From Callorhinchus milii (taxonomy: Eukaryota): a stretch of DNA of 64,000 bases. The notes below the pieces were generated by a model that worked only from the letters and a program-made list of their open reading frames with translations, had not been told where the DNA came from and made no database searches. The stretch lies in assembly GCF_018977255.1 (NCBI RefSeq), contig NW_024704743.1, positions 78,432,001 through 78,496,000 on the forward strand, in the 5' to 3' direction. The translations under genes were made by a program, and so were the position numbers. The stretch's first letter is position 1. Each line of letters begins with the position of its first letter. This document shows, one piece after another, positions 49,601-59,310 of this stretch.

Positions 49601-51949
49601 TATGAAAAATACTGTAGCTGCATCTTAGTTTAATTGGACATTTAAGGAAAATCTCCCAAACTAAAACAGTGGCTCATTTCTATGGCATGTAAAAGCAACT
49701 ATTCAAATGTTCTGCACTCCCAAGACATAAAGTAAATGGGCAAACACAGAAGATAGTCTCCGAAATAAAAAAAATCAAAAGCAATATAATAATCCTTACA
49801 TTTGATACAGCATCTTTCATGTGGGAGCACGTCTCAAAGACCTATGGTACAGTTCGTTGTAAGGTGCAGTAACTATAGATATGCTGTGAGTAAATGCTGT
49901 TGAACACCTTAACAACACTGGATTTAAGAGAATCAAACAGTTTCCACCACATGCAGGAAAAGGGCAGCTGGAGAAGTTAATAAAAATATGTTCAAAGAGT
50001 TCCTTAAACTTGGGGATTTTCCATTCCTCAAATGTTATGCAATAAAAGGCAGACATTTTTGTTTACATAATAGATCATGTTTGTTTTAAAAAATGTACAA
50101 AAATAGGTTAAAACTATTAACCCTTGCATTCGATTCAGCGCTTTTCACGTCAGGAGGGCGTCTCAAAGGATTTCACGGTATTTACTGTGAAGTGTAGTGA
50201 TTATTTTGTAGGCTTTCGATACAATCAAAATAGGCAAAAATTATCAAATAAAATGTAGCATTTATTTCAGGCTTTTTTGCCGCAATCGTTGAAATGAGAT
50301 TGACTCAAAATATATCGACCTGCAAGCAGCTCATGATTGCTTAATTGTAAATGGATGAGAAGACAAACTTCATTCGACAGTAAACTCACCCAGACAGGTC
50401 ACGACAGGCTTCCTGCTGAGAAACTACCTTGATCTTTGAGCGATGTCACATAACAAGCCAACTTTACCTTTCTCCCTCTCCCACCTTCCTCCCCCACAAA
50501 ATAATAAGAGTAAGAATTCTTGCATTTGGTACAGCGCATTACCACATCACCGAGATTTCTCAAAGCGATTCAGAGGTTATCCTATAAAATGGAGTGCTGT
50601 AAAATATTGGTTAGAGCACTCGCCTCACAAGCGAGAGTCCCTGGGTTCGATTCCCAGCCACGGCAAAACATTAGGCAATTTTCCTAACTCCACATGCCTC
50701 AGTTTACCGAGCAGTAAGTAGGAACCCACTTGTTTGTCAATTGGAGGATCGATTTTCCGGGGGCAATAATCACTTCAAAAATAAATAAAATAGTGATAAT
50801 TGAATCACTCAATCCACGACTGTTTGTGGGACACTGCTGTGCGCTATTGGCTGCCATGTTTCTCCCACAAAACATACAGCCAATTCACTTTACGGTATAT
50901 CCTGTGAAGCGCTTGGAGGCGTCTCGAAGACGTGATAAGGAGCTATATCAAATGCAGGGATTATATTGTTATAAAGTGGATTTTGCAGGCGAAGGTGACA
51001 ACCAGTTTGTGCACAGCGAGTGTCCCACAAACATTCATGGGAGTGAGTGACCTTTTTTTTTGTTATTTGGGGGGGGATTGTTGGCCAGGACAGATCGCCA
51101 GCTTGAGTAACGTCAAAGGCGTTCACGCGACCGAATCCAGCTTTACGCCTTGTAAGAGTAAAGAACACGTTTGCCTGGATCGGATTCCGGTGGGGACAAA
51201 ACGCGCGTCTCGAACGCCGGGTGAGAACCGGGCCAGCGAGCCGTCCCCTCCCCCGCCCCCGCCAGGAAAAACGAAACGCGGTCGCGTTTCAGCCCCACGG
51301 CCGGCGGGCGTCCCTAACCGACACGACCGGGGGCCCCGGGCGGGCGGGCGGGCGCGGTCGCTGGTGGAACGCGGTGCCGTCGTCTCTGGTCCGCTCGCAA
51401 AGCGTCGGCGGGAGAGCAACGAGGCACGGAAAGGAAGACCTTCAGTTGAGTTGGTTATCATCATCATTGATGATGAGGATGATGATGATGATGAGTCGGT
51501 TACCTGTTGTGGACGGTTTTAATGGTTTTGATGATCTCCACGTTCTTGGCTCCCGCTCCCGCTCCCCCTCCCGCTCCCCCTCCCGCTGCTCCGGGCTGTT
51601 GGAGTATGTAGGAGTCTCCTCTGTGGAAGGTCTCTCTCTGGTCGAAGCCGCTCTGCAGCTGTTTGAAGGATTGGCCTCTCATTCTGGTTGGAAACTGCTG
51701 TTCGCTCAGCAGAATCGTCTCCGGGTTTCCGCTGAACTCGGGAGCGCAGACCCCGGGCAGGTACATGTCCCCCGGGCCCGGCCCCGGCCCCGGGGCTCGG
51801 TGGTGGGTGTAGGCTTCCCCGCGCCCCTCGCTCCTCATGGTGAAGCTGCCCTGAGACAGCACCGGCTGCCGCTGCTCCACCTGAGAGCCCGCGCGTCTGC
51901 TCAGCGCGTTCAGCCGCGGCTGTGAACCTCTCCAAGTCATGTGCTCCAT
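11238..51949 (-). CDS. DSP: Desmoplakin, complete 24-exon gene; 7545 nt CDS, 2514 aa (2511 aa from ATG 51940)
   Basis: 24 exons with GT-AG boundaries and compatible phases. Translations match the desmoplakin plakin domain, SH3, rod, PRD-B, linker, PRD-C and GSRS tail. Many exon lengths equal human DSP as recalled (129,162,105,96,126,155,127,202,139,163,84,108,99). Adjacent to SNRNP48. Confidence 0.96.
18053..19867 (-). CDS. DSP: DSP exon 23 (coiled-coil rod, 605 aa)
   Basis: [13 protein letters not shown]...FQKQALE|gtata; heptad-rich ORF of 1815 nt. Confidence 0.96.
20146..20244 (-). CDS. DSP: DSP exon 22
   Basis: [33 protein letters not shown]; 99 nt. Confidence 0.95.
20979..21350 (+). mobile_element. 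Older tRNA-derived SINE, DeuSINE (SacSINE1)-like
   Basis: GCTCAGTTGGTAGCACT head; TTTAGATGAGATG, TAAAGATCC and GGTGTCCCAGCCAA central motifs; L2-type tail. Confidence 0.7.
21391..21786 (-). mobile_element. Older DeuSINE-like copy, inverted and tail-to-tail with 20979-21350
   Basis: Reverse-complement homology to the adjacent copy. Confidence 0.7.
22044..22151 (-). CDS. DSP: DSP exon 21
   Basis: [36 protein letters not shown]; 108 nt. Confidence 0.95.
22277..22617. mobile_element. Degenerate Tigger-like MITE in DSP intron 20
   Basis: Imperfect TIRs CAGGGAACCCCATT and CAGTAGAACCCCATT; TA at the right end only. Confidence 0.4.
22632..22715 (-). CDS. DSP: DSP exon 20
   Basis: [28 protein letters not shown]; 84 nt. 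Confidence 0.94.
23349..24243. repeat. Foldback element with ~150-bp inverted arms and a SINE tail in the spacer
   Basis: 23349-23510 is the imperfect reverse complement of 24102-24243. Confidence 0.75.
24359..24521 (-). CDS. DSP: DSP exon 19
   Basis: [26 protein letters not shown]...QLQEQK; 163 nt. Confidence 0.94.
24987..25177 (-). CDS. DSP: DSP exon 18
   Basis: [13 protein letters not shown]...[20 protein letters not shown]; 191 nt. Confidence 0.94.
25438..25576 (-). CDS. DSP: DSP exon 17
   Basis: [46 protein letters not shown]; 139 nt. Confidence 0.95.
26250..26669 (-). mobile_element. Older DeuSINE-like copy (further fragments at ~49020-49260, ~54806-55110 and 63110-63990)
   Basis: CTGAGTCAGAAGGTTGTG head and the same central motifs. 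Confidence 0.7.
27295..27622 (-). mobile_element. Young tRNA-derived SINE, short subfamily
   Basis: Near-identical to 6679-7001. Confidence 0.92.
27689..27858 (-). CDS. DSP: DSP exon 16
   Basis: [20 protein letters not shown]...[19 protein letters not shown]; 170 nt. Confidence 0.88.
28055..28230 (-). CDS. DSP: DSP exon 15
   Basis: [43 protein letters not shown]...TAELE; 176 nt, phase 1 to 0. Confidence 0.88.
29836..30037 (-). CDS. DSP: DSP exon 14
   Basis: [28 protein letters not shown]...; donor A|GTTAGT; 202 nt. Confidence 0.92.
30347..30540. mobile_element. MITE-like element with perfect 38-bp inverted repeats
   Basis: AAACGAGGCTAGTTTTGAGTGTGTGAGGAGCAAAATTG at 30347-30384 and its exact reverse complement at 30503-30540. 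Confidence 0.7.
30924..32725 (-). mobile_element. L2 LINE, 5'-truncated, with a degraded reverse transcriptase
   Basis: [14 protein letters not shown] and GVPQGSVLG motifs, frameshifts, (TTG)n tail. Confidence 0.93.
32871..32997 (-). CDS. DSP: DSP exon 13
   Basis: [42 protein letters not shown]; 127 nt. Confidence 0.95.
33099..33253 (-). CDS. DSP: DSP exon 12 (SH3 domain)
   Basis: [43 protein letters not shown]; 155 nt. Confidence 0.95.
33290..33450 (+). mobile_element. Penelope-like element fragment with a hammerhead motif
   Basis: CTGACGA...GAAAC followed by TCCATAGATACTGCCTGACCTGCTGAGT; homologues at 4955-5085 and 53503-53633. Confidence 0.65.
34316..34512. repeat. AT-rich palindromic MITE-like element (relatives at ~48310-48490 and ~55545-55690)
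   Basis: AGCTGATGAGAATATTTTATCTTAA pairs with TTAAGACAAAATAATCTCATTGGCT; shared TGGTT(T)CCAAAT core. Confidence 0.55.
34628..34940 (-). mobile_element. Young tRNA-derived SINE, short subfamily, nested in a long-subfamily copy (34523-35180, +)
   Basis: Near-identical to 6679-7001; the host SINE resumes on the far side. Confidence 0.9.
35284..35448 (-). CDS. DSP: DSP exon 11 (start of SH3 domain)
   Basis: [31 protein letters not shown]...[13 protein letters not shown]; 165 nt. Confidence 0.95.
35752..35877 (-). CDS. DSP: DSP exon 10
   Basis: [42 protein letters not shown]; 126 nt. Confidence 0.95.
37100..37195 (-). CDS. DSP: DSP exon 9
   Basis: [32 protein letters not shown]; 96 nt. Confidence 0.95.
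37305..37409 (-). CDS. DSP: DSP exon 8
   Basis: [35 protein letters not shown]; 105 nt. Confidence 0.95.
38335..38496 (-). CDS. DSP: DSP exon 7
   Basis: [54 protein letters not shown]; 162 nt. Confidence 0.95.
38621..38689 (-). CDS. DSP: DSP exon 6
   Basis: [30 protein letters not shown] boundaries; 69 nt. Confidence 0.88.
40989..41117 (-). CDS. DSP: DSP exon 5
   Basis: [43 protein letters not shown]; 129 nt. Confidence 0.93.
43417..43984 (+). mobile_element. L2 LINE 3' fragment
   Basis: IQNSAA...[22 protein letters not shown]; tail hairpin and (TTG)n. Confidence 0.88.
45055..45238 (-). CDS. DSP: DSP exon 4
   Basis: [15 protein letters not shown]...[21 protein letters not shown]; 184 nt. 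Confidence 0.9.
46041..46192 (-). CDS. DSP: DSP exon 3
   Basis: [58 protein letters not shown] boundaries; 152 nt. Confidence 0.9.
47870..48295 (+). mobile_element. Non-autonomous Helitron-like element
   Basis: A|TCTATTCTAATAAAA...GCAACGGGTACAGCTAG|T; homologous to 56163-56573. Confidence 0.7.
48494..48812 (-). mobile_element. Young tRNA-derived SINE, short subfamily
   Basis: Near-identical to 6679-7001. Confidence 0.92.
49392..49482 (-). CDS. DSP: DSP exon 2
   Basis: ttttcaag|T AAT TCG...CAA AAC|gtaagt; [30 protein letters not shown]; 91 nt. Confidence 0.85.
50591..50964 (+). mobile_element. tRNA-derived SINE, long subfamily
   Basis: Same head, plus an extra internal segment GTTTACCGAGCAGTAAGTAGGAACCC. 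Confidence 0.85.
51504..51949 (-). CDS. DSP: DSP exon 1 (N-terminal head)
   Basis: [16 protein letters not shown] resembles the DSP N-terminus MSCNGGSHPRINTLGR; donor CAG|GTAACC, phase 2; lies in a CpG island. Confidence 0.85.
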
Positions 51950-52159
51950 CACTGCCGCTCAGCAGCACCGACCCCAACACCGACCCCAACCCCAACCCCA
52001 GCACCAGCTCAGCCCCCGCACCTCCGCGCACTGACTGACTCCCTCAGCCACACACACACACACACACAGAGGCTCCTCTGCGCCGCTCCAGCAATAACCC
52101 CTCCTTTTGGCTCACAAACTCCTCCCTTTACCTGGGCGACACCAGGTTACACCCGCACC

Positions 52160-52392
52160 ACCCGCCCCGCCCACACCTGCCCCGCCCACACCTGCCAGCC
52201 CCCTGCCCCGCCCACACCTGCCAGCCTCCTGCCCCGCCCACACCTGCCAGCCCCCTGCCCGCCCGCACCTGCCAGCCTCCTGCCCGCCCACACCTGCCAG
52301 CCTCCTGCCCGCCCACACCTGCCAGCCTCCTGCCCGCCCACACCTGCCCCGCCCACACCTGCCAGCCTCCTGCCCACCCACACTAACACCTG
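52160..52392. repeat. 15/25-bp tandem repeat of GC-box and E-box (CACCTG) units upstream of DSP
   Basis: Unit CCCGCCCACACCTGCCAGCCTCCTG; ten CACCTG counted. Confidence 0.92.
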
Positions 52393-52427
52393 CATTTCTG
52401 TTGTGTTTTTGCCTTTAAGGTTTTTTT

Positions 52428-52620
52428 AAAAAAACAATAATAAATTGGTCATTTTCAATCCACGACTGTTTGTGGGACATTGCTGTGCGCAATTGGCTGC
52501 CGCGTTCGCCCACAAATATACAGTCAATTCACTTTACAGTGTGTTCTGTGAAGCGCTTTGGGACGTCCTCCCGACGTGAAAAGCGCTATATCAAATGCAA
52601 GGATTATTATTATTATTATT
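52428..52620 (+). mobile_element. 3' half of the young SINE, abutting the DSP promoter repeat
   Basis: Near-identical to the reverse complement of 6679-6870. Confidence 0.9.
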
Positions 52621-52767
52621 AATACAAAAAGGTTTCCACTTAACAGCGGAGCCAACAGCAATACACCATCTGGATTGTTCATCTGCATTCTTTTTCTTTG
52701 TTCCCCAATTTTAATGCCTTAAAAGTAATGCCTTTTATTTCCTTTTCAATGGTTGAAAAAGGCATGT

Positions 52768-53119
52768 GGAGTCCTGTAGGGTCGTGGTTAGAGTACTTGC
52801 CTCGCAAGCGAGAGGACCTGGGTTCGATTCCCAGGCAGGGCAAAATGTTGGGCAAGTTTCCTTACTCCGCATACTCTGTTTGCCTATCTGTAAGAAGGAA
52901 CCCAGGTGTTAGTCGATTGTCGGATCGCTTTTCCAGGGGTAATAATTGTTTCAAAAAAATAAAAACAATTTAAAGAAATGTGGTCATTTAATCCATGACT
53001 GTTTGTGTGACACTGCTGTGCGCAACTGACTGCCGCATTTTGCCCCCAGTATATTCTGTGAAGCGCTTTGAGATATCTCGAAGATGTGATAAAGCGCTAT
53101 ACCAAATGCAAGGATTATT
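52768..53119 (+). mobile_element. tRNA-derived SINE, long subfamily
   Basis: GGAGTCCTGTAG head, GGTTCGATTCC B box, L2-type tail. Confidence 0.87.
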
Positions 53120-53502
53120 TTTACCACATCATCTGGGTCCCAGATATACCTTTTCTCTCTCTGGTCTGCCTATTTTGTTGCAATTCTCCCCCTCCTTTGT
53201 TTTGCATCAACACCTCTTTAACCCATCATCCCCTGTCCTCTACCCCGTTTTCTCCTTTGTCTTCCTTGCCCTGCCTCCCCCTCTCTGTTAGCCCTTAACA
53301 ACAACAACAACAACAAGATTTCATTTATAGAGCGCCTTTCACGTCGGGAGGACGTCCCAAGGCGCTGGACAGTTGGGTCAGGACCCGAGCAGGGGGGAAA
53401 TGGTCAGGGTGAGGGGAGGGAAGGGAGGGAGCGAGGAGGGGGTAGAGAGTCGAGAGGGGAGCTGAAGGCACGGTTTAAAAGCCTCTCCCTCCCAAAATGC
53501 CC

Positions 53503-53633
53503 CAGTTCTGACGAAGGGTCGTGGACCCAAAACGTTGACTCGCTTTCCTTTCTCCATAGATGCTGCCTGACCTGCTGAGTGTACCCAGCGACTTCTGTTT
53601 TCGTTTCAGATTTCCAGCATCTGCAGTATTTTG
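53503..53633 (+). mobile_element. Penelope-like element fragment with a hammerhead motif
   Basis: CTGACGAAGGGTCGTGGACCC...TCCATAGATGCTGCCTGACCTGCTGAG...CCAGCATCTGCAG. Confidence 0.65.
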
Positions 53634-56162
53634 CAAGGATTATTATTATTACTATTAAAGTGGAAATCTCTTTGCCTTTTCAGGAAAAGATCATAATCTG
53701 AAATGTCCCTCAGCAGCATCGCTGCTCTGACAGTATATGAAAATCATATATTAAATATATACAGTAACATCGGGTAGGATGGAGGTGGGCTGTGAGATCG
53801 TGGCCAGTCACTCGGAGTGAAGTGCATTCCACAGGGTAAGAAATGAAGTGGATGGGAAGCATCGCAACACCTGCTAGAGTACGCACACTGCGTGAGGGAA
53901 GCTATATAAATGCAAATTGTTGTTGTACGGGTTGTGAGTGGTTCAGGGAGCATGAAGCTGCAGCTTGGATCAGGGTGAATCATGTTTCACTTCCAACCTG
54001 TGTGGATCCTGGGATGTGAGAGCAGGTGAGTGTGCCCTCCTACCTCCAACCTAGGCTTCTGGTTTAACCTGAACAGCTGGTTTCACACACAGAATGCTGC
54101 TGCAGTATTTCAGTATTGGGTGTGGTTGAATAATTGCAGTTTGCCTCAACAATTTATCGCAACTATTTGCTACCTGGCTTCTCAGCTTTTAAGTTCAGGT
54201 AAAGATAAACTAAATGATCTGTCTTGTTAGGATGGTTTGTGGTGAAGCTCAGTTTTTTTGATACTAAAAATGTTATCTATAACACTGTTTGGGTTGTTAA
54301 TTCTGGTAAGTACAGTATACTTTGAATACAACTCCCCCAAGGTCAAAGCTTTGTATTACTCAGGTGGGCGTATCCAAATTCTGGTGGAAAACTTAAAACA
54401 GCAGCAATATTTTTTCTTCAAGAAAAAATAAAGGAGCTTTCTCCACCACCCATTTACACCACCCCAACAGCAATTCATCCCACCCATAAAGTCATTTCTG
54501 GTTTTGTTGTATTTATGTCTGAAATTTTTTTTTGCGGGCAAAACGCAGCAGCCAATTGCACACAGCAGTGTCCCACAAACAGTCGTGGATTGAAGTGACC
54601 AATTTTATAATTTTTTTTTCATGAGGTATTATTAGGTGTAAGGTGCGGAGGAGGGAAACTTGTCCAGGGTTTCGCCCTGCCAGGAATCGAACGCTGGGTA
54701 TCTCACTTGCAAGGCGAGTGCTCTAACCACTGAGCTATAGGACTCATACAGGACAATGAGTTACTTCAGCAAGTAATAACTGATGGGCGATGGCTAATGA
54801 ATGTGTCAGCCTGGTTCAGTTGAATGGTTTCTGAGTCAGTCAGCTGTGGGGTTCAAGCTCCATTTCAAGCCTTTGAGCTCATAGTCTGGGCTGACAACCC
54901 AGTGCAGTGCTGGTTTAGTGTTGTCCTTTGAATGAAACATTAAACGGAGGTCTTCTCTGTTCATTGGATGTTAAAGATCCTAAAACACAATCTGAAAGGG
55001 ATTTTCCTCTGAAATTGCAGTATGCAAATTGACTGCTGTATTTGCCTACAAATACACAGTGATTACGAATACAAAGACTTTGAATTGTGATCGGCCAAAT
55101 ACTAAATGCAATTATTGTTATTAAATAATCTAACCCTAGTGAACAAGGGAATGCTGCTTAATAAGCTAAACAAAATTCAAGGTTGTGTACGTTGAAAATG
55201 GATGTAATTCTCTCTCTTCCTTTCCATGTACTTCTTGTGTTTTATGATAGAGTGCCTAATAATAATAGTAATTATAATAATCCTTACATTTGACATAGCT
55301 CCTTCCATGTCAGGAGAATGTTTCAAAGCAATTTATAGGAATATACTGTAAAGTATAGTGTCTGAGTATTTTAGATTTGAATATTGATTCCTACTTGCAA
55401 GTCGTTTGGTATTTTTACATTTGAAATATAAATATTGGTTATGTTCCAAGCAGAAAGCTGGAATTCTTAATCAAAGACTAGGCTGTATGCTTGCCTCACT
55501 AAAAAACAGATGGGAAATCAACAATTAAAGGTCTTAAAGATTTAGACCGAGCAGAATTGTGAAAAAATCTTAAAATTCTGTTCTTAATTTAGATGCTCAT
55601 TCTTTTTAAGATCTGCAGAAAACTGGTTTCCAAATTAGGATTAAATTTGAGAATTTTCCACAGATCTATCTGAAATATGAAGATGACGTGATCACACTGG
55701 CTGTGTGGGATTTATGGTCTTCAAAGAAAAAGTGTCTCTGGCAAATCTGGAACAATGACTAATGGGGCGTCAACTCTTCTCACAATGTGTTGAAATATAG
55801 ATCAAGGTTTACATTTGCGAGCCTGGTTTTTGATGATAAGAACTAACACTGGCAGTTAGGGTATTGCTGCAACTGTATTTTCATGCTTTAAATTTATTGT
55901 TGCACCTACAGTCATCTATTAAAAAGTGAGCATGTTTTGTCTCACAGGTTTTTGGTTAGTACAGTAAGGCAAATGTGTTTGTGCCATATGTATAATTCAG
56001 ATCATCCTGTGAGATGTCAAATATTAATTAAATATCTTCATGCTGTTAAATCACAAAATATACAGTCAATTCACTTTACAGTATATTCTGTGAAGCGCTT
56101 TGAGACTCTCAAAGATGTAATCAGGCGCTATATCAAATGCAAGGAGTATTATTATTATATTA

Positions 56163-56573
56163 CCAGCTGTACCCGTTGCAGCTTCGCTTGCAACCAAAGG
56201 ATCCAATGTGGAATGTAGATTGACACACAGACAGACATTTCATATTTATACTCATCTGGGAAGACTTCTTTTGGGAGGACTCAGTGGGAGGACTCAGCCC
56301 TTTAAAAATTTAATTTTGTTTTTGTTGTCGCGGCTTAGGTTCGTCTATGTATTTTTTTGTTGCTGACATTTAGCTACATGCGTGCTCTACGAAAAAAAAA
56401 AAACTGAAAATAATTCATGAACGATAGAAAATACCTGAAAACAAATATTCCCATATCACTCCCAGGTGCAAGACCTTTCCGATGAGGTATAAATCATGTC
56501 TCTATGTCAATCAGTTACTGAGATCCTTCTTGAAGAGCAGACAGACATTGTCATTTTATTAGTATACAGAAGA
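56163..56573 (-). mobile_element. Non-autonomous Helitron-like element
   Basis: Minus strand A|TC...CTGG|T with a subterminal hairpin (GTTGCAGC-TTC-GCTTGCAAC on +). Confidence 0.7.
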
Positions 56574-58152
56574 TTATTATCACAAGCAACACATTTTAGT
56601 CAATCACTCCCAAAGGAGGCAAACATTGCTTTGGTAACGCATTTTTCTGTTAGGTAAGATAAACAATGCTGGAAGAATGACTGAGATTTAAGGACAATAA
56701 CTGGCAAATATGAAGTATCAGCACTCTGAGATGCTATCCTGAACATAGGGTCCTATATAAACACAAGATTCACAGGATTTACTGTAAAGAGCATTGACTC
56801 TGTTTTATAGGTGATCGTGCATATATTGTAGCGTGACTGCAAGATGATTCAACATCTGGTGAGTATGCAGATACAGGCCAGAAAATTGTGGTTGGTTAAA
56901 CTCAGGTAATAATGATAATGGCATTTGAAATAGCACCTTATATCGTCAAGACGTCTCAAGATAGTTTTATTACAAAGATTACAATAGCTGCACAGGGCCA
57001 CATGTACCCGCAAAACCAATTTTTAGCAGGCAAAGACTGTTTCATATTACACTGCAGGTAAGCCAAAAATACAGTGGTTAACCACATGCGAAGCTATAAT
57101 ATCGCTACCTTCCATGAGCTGATTCTAACCACTTTATTAGCAGGTTTCTTCCAGGACCATAGGCAATGTGGAGCTAGCCTCTTGAAGTGGCTGTGTGGTT
57201 ACTACGTGTGTGGTGGAGAGAGTGAGAGAGGCAAAGCCTTGCCCTGTAAGATATATTAGTTCCTCCTCCATTGGCTGCCTTTGCTCTGACTAGTAAGCAG
57301 AGCAACAGATTGCAATTATAGAGCACTTTTCTCAGGGTAAAGTCTCAGAACACTGTACAGTCAACGGGCTGGAAGCCAAGGGAGGGGAGAGGGGGAGTAG
57401 GGTCAGGAGAGTGGAGAGGTGATCAAAAGAACAATTGAAAAGGAGGGAGGAGGGTGTGGGAGGGAGTTCCATAGAGGGCGGGAAGGAGGATGCAGGTGGT
57501 AAAGTTTTAGACAAGTTGCAGTTTATAGATGATGGAGCTAGGAAAAGCAGTGAGGGGTGTTTTAGAAAGTCTAAGTGGGAGGTGAGAATAAGTATTTGGT
57601 GTTTCATAGAGGCACAGACAGGTGATGGGCCTGTTCCCCATCACACACCAAATACTTATTCTCACCTCCCTCTTAGACTTCTCATTTCACCCACAAAATA
57701 TAGTCAATTTACTTTCCAGTATATTCTGTGAAGCGCTTTGAGGTGTCGAACACATGATAAGGCGTCATATCAAATGCAAGGATTAGTATTATTATGTGGT
57801 GGGGTGAAGGAAAGCAGGCTTGGTCAGGCACTGTGTGTGAGGGGAAAAAGGAGCTAAGGATCAAACCAGACTCAAAGATTGTGCACTGGTTCAGTTTGGG
57901 AGAAAAACTGAGGAAGTTAAGGATGTTAGAGTTGGAAGAGAGGAGACATTAGCAGGATAAACCTCATTGACCATTTTGATTATTTCCTTCCTGGCAACCA
58001 ATTTTACGAACACCAAAAATATGGATAAAAGCAATCAATAGTTGTCACTGGCCTTAGGGTGGTGGTGGGTAGGGGTTTGGGGTCAACCATTTGGCTACTT
58101 TTTCCACATGTAAGCCCAAAATACTCTGGCATGATACAGTAAACCTTCACAG

Positions 58153-59310
58153 TGGAGTCTGTAGCTTAGTGATTAGAGCATTCGCCTCGCAAGCAAAAGA
58201 CCTGGGTTCCATTCCCAGCAAGGCAAAATGTTAGTGAAGTTTCCTTACTCCACACAACTTTGTTTACCTAGCAGTAAAAATAGGAACCTGGTTGTTAAAT
58301 AGTAATAATAATCCTTGAATTTGATATAGCGCTTTTCACGTCTTCTGGACATCTCAAAGCGCTTCACAGAATATACTGTAAAGTGAACTGACTGTATACA
58401 AAAAAATTACATTTGTATAGCACCTTCACATCATGAGGACGTCCCGAGGCAAAGGACAGTCAGTGTTTCGGACCCAAGCTGGGGGTCGGGATTGCGGATG
58501 GTGGAGGGCACGGGGGGAAGGAGGGTATTCGAAAGCACGGTCAAAGTGGAGGGTCTTGAGATGGTTCTTGAAGGCGGCAAGGGAGGGGGCGAGGCAGAGG
58601 AACTGTGGGATGGAGTTCCAAAGGGTGGGGCAGAGTGGCACAAGGCCCATCCGCCAATGGTGGGGCAGGCAAGGCGGGGGACGTGAAGCAGGCCGGAGCC
58701 CACTGAACGGAGGGAGCGAGCAGGATGGTAGGGGTTTAGGAGGTTACAGAGGTGGAGAGAGCAAGACCATGGAGGGATTTGAAGGTGAGGACCAGATCTT
58801 GAACTGTATCCTCTGTGTAATGGGAAGCTAGTGGAGTCGGGCGACTATGGGGTTAATAGGATTACGGAGCCTGGTGCGGGAGAGGGCACGGGCTGCAGAG
58901 TTCTGGATGATCAGGTTAGGGTTTTATTTGTGGATGAAACTCAGCAGCCAATTGCGCACAGAAGTGTCCCACAAACAGTCGTGGATTGAGTGACCAAATT
59001 ATAGGGGGGTTTTGAGGGATTATTATCCCTGGAAAAGCGATCCAATCAACTAACAATCAGGTTCCTACTTACTCCTAGGTAAACAGAGGCGCGTGGAATA
59101 AGCAAACTTGCCCAACATTTCGCCCTGCCGGGAATCAAACCCAGGTCTCTCGCTCGCGAGGCGAGTGCTCTAACCATGAGCTACAGGACTCCAATAGTCA
59201 ATTATCAAATGTACAGTCAATTCACTTTGCAGTATATTCTGTGAAGCGATTTGAGACGTCTAGAAGATGTGAAATGCGCTATATCAAATGCGAGGATTAT
59301 TATTATTATT
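58153..59310. mobile_element. Nested SINE(+) / SINE(-) / L2(-) cluster
   Basis: Outer + SINE 58153-58297 and 59193-59310; inner - SINE ~58304-59192; innermost L2 58399-58912. Confidence 0.82.
58399..58912 (-). mobile_element. L2 LINE 3' fragment nested in a SINE
   Basis: Homologous to the 43417 and 61004 copies; interrupts a SINE. Confidence 0.85.

Larger units (their letters stand above)
51170..52400. promoter_or_regulatory. CpG island / promoter of DSP
   Basis: GC- and CpG-rich block spanning exon 1 and its upstream region. Confidence 0.8.

Noticed and set aside
11238..51949. Identity as BPAG1e/dystonin, plectin or envoplakin, suggested by the two PRDs
   Set aside because: The N-terminal GSxPRxN motif, the 24-exon layout with DSP-like exon lengths, DSP-specific peptides and SNRNP48 adjacency all indicate desmoplakin. 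No actin-binding domain exons were found.
51123..52429. Overlapping ORFs around DSP exon 1
   Set aside because: GC-rich shadow frames and repeat translations; only the minus frame ending at the 51504 donor links to exon 2.
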